Positions 29,990 through 41,755 are shown, counted from the first letter of the stretch. The stretch is 64,000 nucleotides of DNA from an uncultured delta proteobacterium (GCA_963778655.1 CAVZVA010000009.1:1152001-1216000); one strand, 5' to 3'. Made by a program: numbers and translations. The notes: a model not told the origin generated them from the letters alone.

Positions 29990-30634
29990 CTAGAGTCCCG
30001 TGAAGCGGATGCCCGCGCCGGGGCTCTTGTACCTGCGGTTGAGGTGCAGCAACACCGGCGTCAGCGACTCGAGAGCCACCGCGTTGGCCAGGGGCCCTGC
30101 ATCGAGCGCCCGCGTACCGAGCTCCTCGATCAGGGTGAGCACCATGCGCAGCGCCTCGGCGTCGTCGGAGCAGGCCAGCACGTCGCACTCGATCGGGTGC
30201 TCGATGTCGCTGAGGTGCACGGCGCTGACGTGGTGCAACGCCGCCACCACGCGCGTGTCGGGGCCGAGCAAGGCCTGGGCTTCGAGCGCGGCGGCGCGCC
30301 CTTCGGGCAGATGGACGGTGCGCACCTGCGGTGGCTGCAGCGGCACCGTGATGTCGACCAAGATCTTGCCGCGCAGGGCCTGCCCCAGCGCGCGCAGCGT
30401 GGCGGCGTGCGCAGCGTAGGGCACGGCCAGCACCACCAGCTCGGCCTGGCTCACCGCCCAGGCGTTGTCGCCGCCGCGCACGCGGCCGCCGCTGCGCGCG
30501 GCCAGCGCCTCGGCCGCCTGCTGCGCCCGGCTTGCCTCGCGCGAGCCGATCACCACGGCATGACCGCGCTTGGCCCAGCGCAACGCCATGCCCTGGCCCT
30601 CTTTACCCGTGCCACCGACGATCGCGATGTCCAT
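29990..30634 (-). CDS. npdG: NADPH-dependent F420 reductase
   Basis: [48 protein letters not shown]. Confidence 0.9.
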   Translation of the reverse strand: MDIAIVGGTGKEGQGMALRWAKRGHAVVIGSREASRAQQAAEALAARSGGRVRGGDNAWAVSQAELVVLAVPYAAHAATLRALGQALRGKILVDITVPLQPPQVRTVHLPEGRAAALEAQALLGPDTRVVAALHHVSAVHLSDIEHPIECDVLACSDDAEALRMVLTLIEELGTRALDAGPLANAVALESLTPVLLHLNRRYKSPGAGIRFTGL

Positions 30635-30918
30635 ATTTCGCTCTCCACAAAGCCGACGCTTCCCTACTACACCTGACAGCGGCTGGCGAGCCGCGCCTGT
30701 GACCCCCGAGCGAGGCTCACGCCGGCTCCCCGAGCGCTCGTGTGTCGGAGCTGAAACACAGGCGCCCCCGGCGCGCGGGTCGAGCGCGTCCAGGCCGCGG
30801 CCCGGGCCGCGCGGTGGGTCGAGTCGATGGGCGCTGCGTCGCCACATTTGGGAACCACGGCCGGCGGGGTTAAGCTGCGGGAGCGCGCAAGCTGGCGCGC
30901 GCGTAGAGGACAGGCGCG

Positions 30919-33600
30919 ATGAGCACGAGCGACGATGCCGACCCGCAGGAGACCCAGGACTGGCTGGACGCCCTGGACGGCGTCATGGCGCAGGAGGGGC
31001 TCGAGCGCGCCCACTTCCTGATCGAGGCGTTGATCGACAAGGCGCGCCGCGCAGGCGCGAACCTGCCGTACAAGACCACCACCGCGTATCTGAACACCAT
31101 TCGTCCCAACGACGAGGCGCGCAATCCGGGCGACGAGGAGCTCGAGTACCGTGTGCGCTCCTACGTGCGCTGGAACGCGATGGCGATGGTGGTCAAGGCG
31201 AACAAGCGCAACGCCGGCATCGGCGGTCACATCTCGACCTTCGCGTCGGCCGCGACGCTCTACGACGTCGGCTACAACCACTTCTTCAAGGGGCCCGACC
31301 ATCCCGACGGCGCGGACTTGATCTACTTCCAGGGGCACTCCGCGCCGGGGATGTACGCCCGCGCGTTCCTCGAGGGGCGCCTGAGCGAGGGCGAGCTCGA
31401 TCGCTTCCGCCGCGAGACCGGCCCCGAGGGTGGGCTGTCGTCCTATCCGCACCCGCGGCTGATGCCCGGGCTGTGGCAGTTCCCCACGGTCTCGATGGGT
31501 CTGGGGCCGATGATGGCGATCTACCAGGCGCGCTTCATGCGCTACCTGCAACACCGCGGGCTGATTCCCGAGAACCGCGCGCGGGTGTGGGCGTTCCTCG
31601 GCGACGGCGAGATGGACGAGCCGGAATCGCTGGGCGCGATCTCGCTGGCCGCGCGCGAGCGGCTCGATAACCTGACCTTCGTCATCAACTGCAACCTGCA
31701 GCGCCTGGACGGCCCGGTACGCGGCAACGGCAAGGTGATCCAGGAGCTCGAGGGCGTGTTCCGTGGCGCCGGCTGGAACGTGTTCAAGGTGATCTGGGGC
31801 GACGCCTGGGATCCGCTGCTGGCCAAGGACCACAAGGGCCTGCTGCTCAAGCGCATGGAGGAAGCGGTCGACGGCGACTACCAGAACTACGTGGTGCGCG
31901 ACGGCGCCTGGACGCGCGAGCACTTCTTCGGCCGCTACCCCGAGCTGCTGCGCATGGTTGCGAACCTGACCGACAACGACATCAAGAAGCTGAACCGAGG
32001 CGGGCACGATCCGCAGAAGGTCTACGCCGCGTATCACGCCGCGGTCAGCAGCAGCGGGCAGCCGACCTGCATCCTGGCCAAGACCGTCAAGGGCTACGGC
32101 ATGGGCGAGGCGGGAGAGGGCAAGAACCCAACCCACCAGCTCAAGAAGCTGGGCGAGGACGCGCTCAAGGCCTATCGCGACCGCTATCGCATCCCGATCT
32201 CCGACGCGCAGATCAGCGACGCACCCTACTACAAGCCGGCCGACGACAGCCCGGAGCTGCGCTACCTGCACGAGCGCAGGCGAGCGCTCGGCGGTTACGT
32301 GCCCGAGCGGCGAGAGCGGGCCGCAGCGCTGCCCGCGCCTTCGCTGGAGGAGCTCGAGCCGCTGCTCAAGGGCTCGGGCGATCGCGAGATGTCGACCACG
32401 ATGGCGTACGTGCGCCTGCTCGGCCTGCTGCTGCGCAACAAGGACCTTGCGGAGCGGCTGGTGCCGATCGTCCCCGACGAGGCGCGCACCTTCGGCATGG
32501 AGGGCCTGTTCCGGCAGCTCGGCATCTACGCCGCGCGCGGCCAGCTCTACGAGCCGGTCGACCACGATCAGGTGATGTACTACCGCGAGGATCAGAAGGG
32601 GCAGATCCTGCAGGAGGGCATCAACGAGGCCGGCGCGCTCTCCTCGTTCATCGCGGCCGGGACGGCCTACGCCAACTACGGCGTGAGCATGATTCCGTTC
32701 TACGCGTTCTATTCGATGTTCGGCTTCCAGCGCGTGGGCGACCTGATCTGGGCGGCAGCCGACAGCCGCGCGCGCGGCTTCCTGATCGGCGCGACCTCTG
32801 GTCGCACCACGCTCGCGGGGGAGGGCCTGCAGCACTGCGACGGCCACAGCCACGTGCTCGCCAGCAACGTGCCGAGCTGCGTGGCTTACGACCCCACCTA
32901 CGCCTATGAGCTCACGGTGATTGTGCAGGACGGGCTGCGCCGGATGCTGAGCGAGCAGCAGAGCATCTTCTACTACATCACCGTGACCAACGAGAACTAC
33001 GTCATGCCGGAGATGCCGCAGGGCGCGGCCGAGGGCATCCTACGCGGCATGTACCTGCTGCGCGACGGCGGCTCGGTCAAGGGCCCGCGCGTGCAGCTGC
33101 TGGGCAGCGGCGCGATCTTGCGCGAGGTGCTGGCCGCCGCTGAGTTGCTGCTCGCCGACTTCGGCGTGGTCGCCGACGTGTGGAGCGTCACCAGCTTCAC
33201 CGAGCTCGCCCGTGAGGGCGCGGCGGTGCGGCGCGACGACATGCTGCAGCCGCGCGAGCCGCGCACGAGCTACGTCGAGCAATGCCTGGGCCCGCGCAAG
33301 GGGCCGGTGATTGCGGCGACCGATTACGTCAAGCTCTATGCCGATCAGATCCGTGGGCTAGTGCCGCGGCGCTACAGCGTGCTCGGCACCGACGGCTTCG
33401 GCCGCAGCGATACGCGGGCGATGCTGAGGCGCTTCTTCGAGGTCGACCGCCATCACGTCGTGGTGGCCGCGCTTTCGGCGCTGGCACAGGACGGCGAGAT
33501 CGATCGTGCCAAGCCCGACGCGGCGCTGGAGAAATACGGTATCGACCCGCGCAAGCCCGCGCCTCTCATCGCCGACCTCGACCACGGGGGCAAGCCATGA
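30919..33600 (+). CDS. aceE: Pyruvate dehydrogenase E1, homodimeric type
   Basis: [65 protein letters not shown]. Confidence 0.97.
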   Translation: MSTSDDADPQETQDWLDALDGVMAQEGLERAHFLIEALIDKARRAGANLPYKTTTAYLNTIRPNDEARNPGDEELEYRVRSYVRWNAMAMVVKANKRNAGIGGHISTFASAATLYDVGYNHFFKGPDHPDGADLIYFQGHSAPGMYARAFLEGRLSEGELDRFRRETGPEGGLSSYPHPRLMPGLWQFPTVSMGLGPMMAIYQARFMRYLQHRGLIPENRARVWAFLGDGEMDEPESLGAISLAARERLDNLTFVINCNLQRLDGPVRGNGKVIQELEGVFRGAGWNVFKVIWGDAWDPLLAKDHKGLLLKRMEEAVDGDYQNYVVRDGAWTREHFFGRYPELLRMVANLTDNDIKKLNRGGHDPQKVYAAYHAAVSSSGQPTCILAKTVKGYGMGEAGEGKNPTHQLKKLGEDALKAYRDRYRIPISDAQISDAPYYKPADDSPELRYLHERRRALGGYVPERRERAAALPAPSLEELEPLLKGSGDREMSTTMAYVRLLGLLLRNKDLAERLVPIVPDEARTFGMEGLFRQLGIYAARGQLYEPVDHDQVMYYREDQKGQILQEGINEAGALSSFIAAGTAYANYGVSMIPFYAFYSMFGFQRVGDLIWAAADSRARGFLIGATSGRTTLAGEGLQHCDGHSHVLASNVPSCVAYDPTYAYELTVIVQDGLRRMLSEQQSIFYYITVTNENYVMPEMPQGAAEGILRGMYLLRDGGSVKGPRVQLLGSGAILREVLAAAELLLADFGVVADVWSVTSFTELAREGAAVRRDDMLQPREPRTSYVEQCLGPRKGPVIAATDYVKLYADQIRGLVPRRYSVLGTDGFGRSDTRAMLRRFFEVDRHHVVVAALSALAQDGEIDRAKPDAALEKYGIDPRKPAPLIADLDHGGKP

Positions 33601-34964
33601 GTGAGACGCGGATCGAGGTTCCCGATATCGGCGACGCCAGCGACGTGGACGTGGTCGAGATCCTGGTGCAGCCCGGCACGCGCGTGGATGTGGACCAGGG
33701 CCTGATCGTGCTCGAGAGCGAGAAGGCTTCGATGGAGGTGCCGTCGCCGTTGCGGGGCGTGGTCAAGCAGGTCGCGCTCAAGGTCGGGGACAAGGTCTCC
33801 AAGGGCTCGCTGATCCTGATGCTCGAGGCCGAGCCGGGCGCAGCCAGCGAGGCCAAGCCCGCACCCACCGCGGCCGCCGAGCCGGCGCGCGCGCCCGCCG
33901 CGCAGGACGCGCCACGCGCCACGCCGCCCTCCAGGTCGTCGCCGCGACCCGCCGGCTTGCCCCCCGAGGCAGGCGCGGCGCCGGAGCGCGGGCCTTCGCG
34001 CACGATTCCTCCTCCGCAGTACGTGCCCGAGGTCGAGGGCGCAGCGGAATCGCCCGCGACGCGCGAGAAGAAGCCGCACGCCACTCCTGCGGTGCGCAGG
34101 CTCGCGCGCGAGCTCGCGGTGGACCTGGCCCAGGTGCCCGGCACCGGCCCGCACAGCCGCATCACGCGTGAGGACGTCCAGCGCTACGTCAAGCACGCGA
34201 TGTCGGTGGCCGGCACCGCGACCGGCACCGGTTTCGCCGTGCCCGAGCTGCCCGAGGTCGACTTCAGCCAGTTCGGCGAGGTCTCGCTGCAGCCGCTGAC
34301 CAAGATTCAGAAGATCTCCGGGCGCAATCTGCACCGCAGCTGGGTGACCATCCCGCACGTCACCCAGTTCGACGAGGCCGACATCAGCGAGCTCGAAGAG
34401 TTCCGCAAGAAGATGCGCGCGGAGCGGCCCGAGACCAAGCTTACGCTCACCTCGTTCTTCATGAAGGCGGTGGTGGTGCTGCTCAAGCAGATGCCGCGCT
34501 TCAATGCCTCACTCGACCGCTCGGGTGAGAACTTGGTGCTCAAGCACTACTTCCACCTCGGGGTCGCGGTCGACACCAAGAACGGGCTGGTGGTTCCCGT
34601 GATCCGCGACGTCGATCTCAAGGGCCTGCACGATCTGGCCGTGGAGCTCGGCGAGGTGAGCGAGCGCGCGCGCGCGCGCCGCCTCTCGCCGCAGGATCTG
34701 CAGGGCGCGTCGATGACGATCTCGAGCCTGGGCGGCATCGGCGGCACGCACTTCACCCCGATCATCAATCCGCCCGAGGTCGCGGTGCTGGGTGTCTCGC
34801 GCGCCGCGCTCAAGCCGGCCTATCTCAACGGCCAGCTGGCGCCGCGCCTGATGTGCGGGCTCTCGCTTTCCTATGACCACCGCGTGATCGACGGCGCGGA
34901 CGCGGTGCGTTTCACCACCCGCTTGCGCGAGGTGCTCTCCGACATCCGCCAGATGCTGCTGTAA
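33597..34964 (+). CDS. aceF: Dihydrolipoamide acetyltransferase E2 (single lipoyl domain)
   Basis: LESEKASMEVPS lipoyl motif; HATPAVRRLARE; SYDHRVIDGA; ATGA overlap with aceE. Confidence 0.95.
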   Translation: MSETRIEVPDIGDASDVDVVEILVQPGTRVDVDQGLIVLESEKASMEVPSPLRGVVKQVALKVGDKVSKGSLILMLEAEPGAASEAKPAPTAAAEPARAPAAQDAPRATPPSRSSPRPAGLPPEAGAAPERGPSRTIPPPQYVPEVEGAAESPATREKKPHATPAVRRLARELAVDLAQVPGTGPHSRITREDVQRYVKHAMSVAGTATGTGFAVPELPEVDFSQFGEVSLQPLTKIQKISGRNLHRSWVTIPHVTQFDEADISELEEFRKKMRAERPETKLTLTSFFMKAVVVLLKQMPRFNASLDRSGENLVLKHYFHLGVAVDTKNGLVVPVIRDVDLKGLHDLAVELGEVSERARARRLSPQDLQGASMTISSLGGIGGTHFTPIINPPEVAVLGVSRAALKPAYLNGQLAPRLMCGLSLSYDHRVIDGADAVRFTTRLREVLSDIRQMLL

Positions 34965-35105
34965 GTCGGCGATCGCGATAAGGAGAATCAGTGCCTGCGA
35001 TTCGATCCCGAATCGCAAGCCCTGATTGGGGCACTGGCTGGCGAGCCGCGGGCGCGTATGCTGTAATCGCGGCGATGCGGCGCCGCCCGCGCGCCATGGA
35101 GGAGG

Positions 35106-36146
35106 ATGCCCATGCGAGCTGCTGTCTCGGGTGTTGTCGCGCTGTGTTTTTGCGCTGCGGGGCTCGCCAGCGCGGCGCAGGCGCAAGCCGGCGCAGCCGC
35201 GGCGCCCGCTGCTGCGCCCAAGGCTGCCGCGCCCAAGGCTGCCGCCGCGCCCAAGGCCAGCACGCCGAAGGTGGCCGCGACCGCGGCGCCAGCGGCGCTG
35301 CCCGAGCCGCCGGCCGCCGCCGCGCCGGCCCAGGCCCCTGCCGCCGGCGAGCCGACTGGCGCGCAGCAAGCCACGTCGCCGGCCGCCCAGCCCCCCGAAG
35401 GGACGGCGCCGGCCGCGCCTCCGCCCCCGCCGGCCCCAGCCCCCGCCGCTCCCGCGTATGGCCCCGGCAATCCTCCACCGCCTCCGCCCCCACCGCCCCA
35501 GTACGAGCGGCTCGGCAAGCCCGAGCCCGAAGTCACCAGGGGCGACTGGGACCCCTGGGAGCACGCCACCCCGGAGACCCATCACCACGATGGGTTCTAC
35601 TTGCGCCTGGCGGCCGGGCTCGGCGGCGGCAGCGTCTGGGGCAACGACCACATTCTACCGGGCGTGCAGGATCTCACGCTTTCCGGGATCGGCTTCGGCA
35701 CCTCGATTGCGATCGGCGGCGCCGTGACCGACAACCTGATCCTGGACGGTGATCTGTTTCAGTCCACGGTGTTCAACCCGTCGGTGCGCCAGGACGGGCA
35801 GGGCCGCGGCCACGCTTCGGATCTCACCCGCGACTACGGTATCGGCGAGGACGTGGAGCTGGTCGGCGTCGGTCTCGGCGTGACCTACTACTTCATGCCG
35901 GTCAACGTGTACCTCGCGGGCTCGCTCGGCTTTGGACAGGCCGTGTTCGAGGACTCAGGCGGCAACCGCTCCGGCAGCGATTTCGGCTTCGGCGGCAACT
36001 TCATGCTCGGCAAGGAGTGGTGGGTCGGGTCGGATTGGGGCATCGGCGTGGCCGGCCAGCTGATCGTGATCGCGACCCACGACGACATCCTGGGCGGCCT
36101 GGCCGGCACGGCGTTCAACATCATGTTCAGCGCGACGTACAACTAG
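35106..36146 (+). CDS. Outer-membrane beta-barrel protein with Pro/Ala-rich N-terminal stalk
   Basis: Signal peptide; HHHDGFYLRL; alternating beta-strand pattern; C-terminal FSATYN. Confidence 0.75.
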   Translation: MPMRAAVSGVVALCFCAAGLASAAQAQAGAAAAPAAAPKAAAPKAAAAPKASTPKVAATAAPAALPEPPAAAAPAQAPAAGEPTGAQQATSPAAQPPEGTAPAAPPPPPAPAPAAPAYGPGNPPPPPPPPPQYERLGKPEPEVTRGDWDPWEHATPETHHHDGFYLRLAAGLGGGSVWGNDHILPGVQDLTLSGIGFGTSIAIGGAVTDNLILDGDLFQSTVFNPSVRQDGQGRGHASDLTRDYGIGEDVELVGVGLGVTYYFMPVNVYLAGSLGFGQAVFEDSGGNRSGSDFGFGGNFMLGKEWWVGSDWGIGVAGQLIVIATHDDILGGLAGTAFNIMFSATYN

Positions 36147-36152
36147 CGTTGG

Positions 36153-36332
36153 CCGTCCAGAAGCGCCCAGGAGCGGCTTTGTGTCTTGGATGCTTGCGAT
36201 GACTAGCCGCGCCAGAGGACGGGGGCGGTAGGCCGCAGCGGGCTACGTCCTCGGTCCGGCCCTGCGGCGTTACCCAAGGTACGCCACGGTCCGGCCCTCC
36301 GGGCGCGCTCGTTCCTGAGCACTCCTGGACGG
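36153..36332. repeat. 180-bp element bounded by 23-bp imperfect inverted repeats (MITE/REP-like or structured RNA)
   Basis: CCGTCCAGAAGCGCCCAGGAGCG (36153-36175) vs reverse complement of 36310-36332 CCGTCCAGGAGTGCTCAGGAACG, 19/23; internal hairpin GGCGTTACC-CAA-GGTACGCC. Confidence 0.5.
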
Positions 36333-36411
36333 AAACGCGGTCTGCGCAATGCGCAACTCGGCGGTGGTGCGACAGCGCATCGGGGGGAGACAGCGCGCCA
36401 CCGCACGCGGC

Positions 36412-37422
36412 CTACTTGCGGGCGACGCCGTCGGGGTCGACCTCGAGTAGCAGGCAGCCCTGGGGCTGGGCCTGGGTCTGCTCGTCGGGCAGCCAGTAGG
36501 TCGCGTCCAGCGTGCACATCTCGTCGCCGGCATTGACGCCGTAGCGCAGCTCCAGATCGGTCGTGTTGTGGTAGTCGCACTGGAAGCGCAGGCCCTCGCC
36601 CGGCTCGAGCCGCAGCGGCTCCGCCAGGGTCATGCGGTTCTCGCTCGGGCCGCGGCTGTACCACAGCGGCTGCCCGTCGCGCGGGCCGCCTGCGATCCAC
36701 ACGCCGAAGCCCGTACCGTAGCTCTGCGTCCTGCGCACCAGCTCGCCGATCACCAGCGCCTGGCTGACGTTGCACTCGGCCAGGTGCGAGCTGCGCCCGC
36801 CGGGCGGCGTGTAGATGGTGAGGTTGTCGAAGTCCGCGACGTGCGCCACGTGCTGCACGGCTGACGCGTCCACAAGGTGGAAATTGAGCCCGACCTTGGC
36901 CGGCAGCGGCTCCTCGCTATCGTTGACGAAGTGGTAGTCGATCGCAATCTTCTGCCCGCCGTAGAACACCTGGCCGACGCCCGCCGGGTAGCGCTCGTCG
37001 TGGTAGCTGCGCTGGGTCGAGATCACTTGGGCCAAGTCTTCCCCGAAGGCCTCGCCGGCCCGCGTGCAGGGCACCCGCGAGCCCACGTCCATGATCGACT
37101 CGGTGTCACTGCCGACCGGCGCGGCGCTCACGATCAGGTCCTGACCGTGGGCGGTCATCGCCGACTCGATGCGGTCGACGTAGTAGACGTTGCCGGGACC
37201 GCCGGGCAGCCGCAACGCCTCGCACCAGCGGATGTCGTCGCCTGGCTCGATCATCACGCCCAGCGACTGCACCTGGAACCCGCGTTCAGGCGGCTGCAGC
37301 CCGAGCTCGGCGCTCACGCCGGTGGCGTTGGTGCCTGCCCCGAACTTGGGTCCGGTCTGCGTGGCGCAGCCGGCTCCCAGGATCAGGATCGACACGGCCA
37401 GAGTCGTAAAGGAGCTGCGCAT
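36412..37422 (-). CDS. Lipoprotein of the copper type II (PHM/DBH-like) monooxygenase fold, degenerate Cu sites
   Basis: Lipobox-like GAGC; PPERGFQV, HFVN, LRFQCDYHN, DEMC. Confidence 0.7.
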   Translation of the reverse strand: MRSSFTTLAVSILILGAGCATQTGPKFGAGTNATGVSAELGLQPPERGFQVQSLGVMIEPGDDIRWCEALRLPGGPGNVYYVDRIESAMTAHGQDLIVSAAPVGSDTESIMDVGSRVPCTRAGEAFGEDLAQVISTQRSYHDERYPAGVGQVFYGGQKIAIDYHFVNDSEEPLPAKVGLNFHLVDASAVQHVAHVADFDNLTIYTPPGGRSSHLAECNVSQALVIGELVRRTQSYGTGFGVWIAGGPRDGQPLWYSRGPSENRMTLAEPLRLEPGEGLRFQCDYHNTTDLELRYGVNAGDEMCTLDATYWLPDEQTQAQPQGCLLLEVDPDGVARK

Positions 37423-37613
37423 GGGGACGACGCGGGCAATACCTAGTCGCTTAAGATAGCCCGTCGCAAGGGGCGGACGCCAATCCCCGGTGGGTGCTCG
37501 CCACGGGTACCCTCCACGGACCCTCGAGCCGGTCTCAAGGACAGACTTAAATCCATTCAATATCATAGGCTTGCGGCGTGAATCTCAGCTCCGCCTGAAG
37601 GCTGCCCGGCGGG

Positions 37614-40516
37614 CTACGACAGCAGCGCCAGCAGGTCGTCGCGGGTGATGCCGCCGGCGGCCCGAGGATCGCCGGTGGCCGCGTGCGCCAGCGCCCGCTT
37701 CTTCTCTTGCAGCTCGAGCATCCGCTCCTCGACCGTGTCGGCCGCCACCAGCCGCTGCACCATCACCGGGCGGTCCTGACCGATGCGGTGCGCGCGGTCC
37801 GCGGCCTGATCCTCGACCGCGGGGTTCCACCACGGGTCGAGCAGGAACACGTGGTCGGCGGCGGTGAGGTTGAGGCCGGTGCCGCCGGCCTTGAGCGAGA
37901 GCAGCATCACTGGCGGCCCACCCGGGTCCTGGAAGCGGTCCACCACCGCGCCGCGGTCACGCGTGCTGCCGTCGAGGCGGCAGAACTCCACGCCCGCGCC
38001 GCGCAGCTCCGGCTCGACCAGGTCGAGCAGCGACGTCCACTGCGAGAACACCAGCGCCTTATGGCCCTCTGCCAGCGCCTCCTCGAGCGTGCGCAGCAGC
38101 AGCTCGAGCTTGGCCGAGCCCTCGCCGTGCTGGCCGGGCAGCAGGCTGGCGTGGCAGCGGCCTGGCGCAGCCGCAGCAGCGCCTCGAGCGCGGCCAGCAC
38201 GCTGCCGCCCGCCTGCAGCTGCTGCAGCACCTCGCTCTGGGTCGCGGCGCGGATCGCGTCGTAGAGCGCGCGCTCGTGCTCGTCGAGGACGCAGCGCAGC
38301 ACTGCCTCGGTGCGCGGCGGCAGCTCGCGCGCGACCTCGCGCTTGATCCGGCGCAGCACGAACGGCCGCATCCGCTCGCGCAGCCGCGCCGCCGCCAGCG
38401 GGTCGCCCTCGTTGATGGGCTTGGCGTAGCGCTCCTGGAAGTCGTGCCGGCCCCCCAGCAGGCCCGGGTTCATGAAATGCAGCTGGCTCCACAGCTCGTC
38501 GAGGCGGTTCTCGACCGGCGTGCCGGTCAGGGTCACGCGGAAGCGCGCACGCAGCTCGAACGCGGCGCGCGCGGCCTGGCTGTCGGCGTTCTTGATGTTC
38601 TGCGCCTCGTCGAGGATCACCATCGCCCACTGCTGCGCCGAGAGCGCGTCGATGTCGTTGCGCAAGGTTGCGTAGCTGGTCAGCGTGATGTCGGCCTCGG
38701 TGTCGAGGGCGCGCCCCGCGCCGCGGTAGAGGTTGACGCGCAGCGCCGGCCGAAAGCGCTCCACCTCGCGCTGCCAGTTGTAGAGCACGCCTGCCGGCGC
38801 CACCACCAGGCAGGGCGCCTGCACCACGCACAGCGCCTGCAGCGTCTTGCCCAGCCCCATATCATCGGCCAGCATCGCGCCCAGGCCGGCCTGCGACAGG
38901 AACGCCAGCCAGTCGACGCCGCGGTGCTGGTAGGGCCGCAGGGTGGCCGCCACGTCTTGCGGCAGCGCGTGGCTGGGGATCGCCTCGAAGCCGTCGACCA
39001 GCACGCGCAACCGCTCGAACGAGGGCGGCGGCGGGTGGTCGAGCGCTTCGCACAGCCGCGCCAGGTCTGGCAGCGCCGCGGCCGGCAGCTCTCCGTGCTC
39101 GCCCTTGGCCGCGACCAGATCCGCCACTAGGTGCCCGCAGCGCTCCAGAAACCCGCGCGGCAGCTCGGCCCAGCCGCCCTCGACCAGCGGCACCAGCGCC
39201 TCGCCGCGGCGGAACGCTCGCATCACCGCCTCGGCGCTGGCGTGGCGCACCTGCTCGCCGTCGTTCGAGCTGAACGCGAGGTCGAAACGCTCGCCTTCCA
39301 TGCGTAGCTCAGGCTGCAGCGGCACGGTCACGAAGCACGCGTCCAGCCCGTTGCCCTCGACCACCGCCCCCTCGAAGGCGCGCAGCCGATTGGCCGCGTC
39401 CACCGCGCCCAGCCCGGCGAAGCGCTCGGCGCGGCCCACCCGCAGCCCCAGGCGCAGCTCGAGGTCGGCGATCAGGCGCTGCTCCTTGACCTCGTTGCGC
39501 AGCGGCAGCGCGCCGCCCAGGTAGTGCAGCTTGCCGGCGTCGACCCGCGCGCAGGGCGGGTCGCCGTACACGATCAGCGGCAGCACGCTGAGCGCGTCGC
39601 CGTCGTAGTCGGCCTTGAGCAGCAGCCGCGGCGGCATGGCGGTGGCGCTGGGCAGGATGCGGCTCTCGATCGACACCGGCACGCGCTCCTGCAGCGCCGG
39701 CAGCACGCGCCCGACCAGGTCCGCCACCTGCCCGAACTCGTACACGCGTCCCCTGCGCAGCTCCTCGATGTCGCGGCCGCTCAGGTCGAGCTCTCCCACC
39801 GGCCGCAGCACGCCGCCGTGCAGCACCGCGCCGTTGTCGAACAGCTCGCTGATTTCCGGATCCTGCGCCGCGTGCAGGCGGAAGCCGCCCTCGTGATCCT
39901 CGAGCCGGGCGCAGATCACCGGGCGCGGCGCGCCGATCGTGATCGGCTTGCCGTCGAGCTCGACGTCGACGCATTCGGCCAGCGCCGAGAGCACGCGCGC
40001 CATCAGCGGGCGCGGGATCTTGCCCGATACGATGCCGCCGAGCGCGAGGTCCACCGCCATGTCCGCCTGCGCGGTGGCGATCTCGTCGTCGCTGCCGCGG
40101 CGCTGTAGCTGGGTCAGCCGCACGTGCAGCGGCTTGAAGCCCTCGCCGCCCCGCAGCAGGCGCTCGATGCGCAGCCAGCCTTGGTCGCGCCGCAGGCGGT
40201 AGGCCAGCTTGGCGGTGGGCGTGGTCAGCCCGGGCAGCGTCTCGCCGCGCTCGAACGCGCGGCTGACCCACAGCGCGCTGGCCGCGACGTGGACGCAGGC
40301 GTCCTCGTCGCTCTCGCACTCGCACGACCAGTCGAGGTGACCGGGCGACAGGCACACCAGCGGCGAGGCCAGGCCGCCGCGCGTGATCACGCGCAGCTCG
40401 AGCTCCTCGTTGTGAGTGCGCTTGCCCGTGACCGTGGCGCTCTGCGCGAGCTGCTGGGCCCGCTGCCAGACCTGCGGCGAGCAGCTCTCTCGAATCGCGT
40501 CGACCAGGTCCTGCAT
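37614..40516 (-). pseudogene. SWIM zinc finger-SNF2 family helicase, split by a single-base deletion near 38158 (or sequencing error)
   Basis: [45 protein letters not shown] in ORF 37907..40615; [36 protein letters not shown] in ORF 37614..38831. Confidence 0.9.
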
Positions 40517-40648
40517 CGGGGGGGCTGCGTAGTGTAGCAGACCGCGCCCGTTCAAGGGTGGCGCAGCGCTCCGTTTTGGGCGTTCCGGTTCCCGCAAGCG
40601 CGCTCTTGCGCCCATCGCAGCCAGGACGCGGCAGCGGTGCCCGTCGCG

Positions 40649-41644
40649 TCAGCCGTTCGCGGCCAGCTTGCGCCGGTACTCGATCGGCGTCTGGCCGGTC
40701 CAGCGGCGAAAGGCGCGGTAGAACGCCGGCGTGTGCGAGAAGCCGAGCATGAACGCCACCTCAGAAGGGCCGAGCTCGGGGTTGCCGAGGTGGCGCAGGG
40801 CCAGGCGCCGGCGCAGGTCGTCGAGCAGCGCACTGAAGGTGGTGGCTTCCGCCTCCAGCTTGCGGGCCAGCGTGCGCGGGCTCATGTGAAGGCGCCGCGC
40901 GATCTGAGCCGTGCTGGGATCGCCCCGGGCGAGCTCCTCGGTGAGCAGCCGGCGCACGCGCTCGCTCGTGCTCCAGCGCTCCGGGATATCGGTCAACATG
41001 CGCTCGACGTGCTTGCGCAGCACCGAGTGCAGGTTCGGATTGGCGCTCGACAGCGGCACCTCCAGCGAAGGCCGCGGCATCGCGAAGCCGCAGAACGGAG
41101 CCGCGAAGCGTACCGCGGCCGGGGCCAGCGCGGCCTGGTGCGCGCGCAGGTCAGCCGGCGCGGAGCGCAGCAGCCAGCACTCGAGCCCGGGTGCCGCGCG
41201 CAAGACGCTGCCGAAGCTGTGGTACATGGCGGCGACCAGGAAGTCCTGCGACACGTCGCTCATCACCACCTGGCTTTCGAGCGCGAAGCAGGCGCGCTCG
41301 CCTTCCAGCTCCAGCCTGGGCTCGAGCGCGTCGTTGAGCAGGTGCATGTAGCGCGCGACCACCGCCAGCGCCTCGCGTACGGTCGGCGCCGAGCTCGCCG
41401 CGAATTCGATCCCGCCGGCGTCGCCGCCGCACATCGCCGCGCCGGCCTTGAGCCCGAGCGCCTGGTCGCCGGTAAGGGCGATCGCGCGCTCGAGCCAGCG
41501 GTGGGCGCTGGCAACCGGAACGCGGTCGTCGGGGTCGCGCGCGGCCAGCCGCGCGAGCGCGCGCGTGCCGACCCCGCGCTCGCGCGCCAGCACCTCGAGA
41601 AACGGCCGGACCAGTCGCAGCGAGTACGAATGCGTTTGCGCCAT
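40649..41644 (-). CDS. AraC family transcriptional regulator (OruR-like ligand-binding domain)
   Basis: IARRLHMSPRTLARKL; EVAFMLGFSHTPAFYRAFRRWTGQTP. Confidence 0.92.
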   Translation of the reverse strand: MAQTHSYSLRLVRPFLEVLARERGVGTRALARLAARDPDDRVPVASAHRWLERAIALTGDQALGLKAGAAMCGGDAGGIEFAASSAPTVREALAVVARYMHLLNDALEPRLELEGERACFALESQVVMSDVSQDFLVAAMYHSFGSVLRAAPGLECWLLRSAPADLRAHQAALAPAAVRFAAPFCGFAMPRPSLEVPLSSANPNLHSVLRKHVERMLTDIPERWSTSERVRRLLTEELARGDPSTAQIARRLHMSPRTLARKLEAEATTFSALLDDLRRRLALRHLGNPELGPSEVAFMLGFSHTPAFYRAFRRWTGQTPIEYRRKLAANG

Positions 41645-41755
41645 GCGCGGCTTGCACCACCGGCCCGGCCGCGGCGCATCCTGCGAGCGTCCCAACCAAG
41701 GGCCTGCCCAACGATATAACGGTATACAGCGCTGCAGGCGGAACGCCAGCGCGGC

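Noticed and set aside
30667..32853. Long antisense ORFs (728 aa here; others opposite lon, clpX, rnj, VanW)
   Set aside because: Shadow frames of strongly GC3-biased genes; no motifs.
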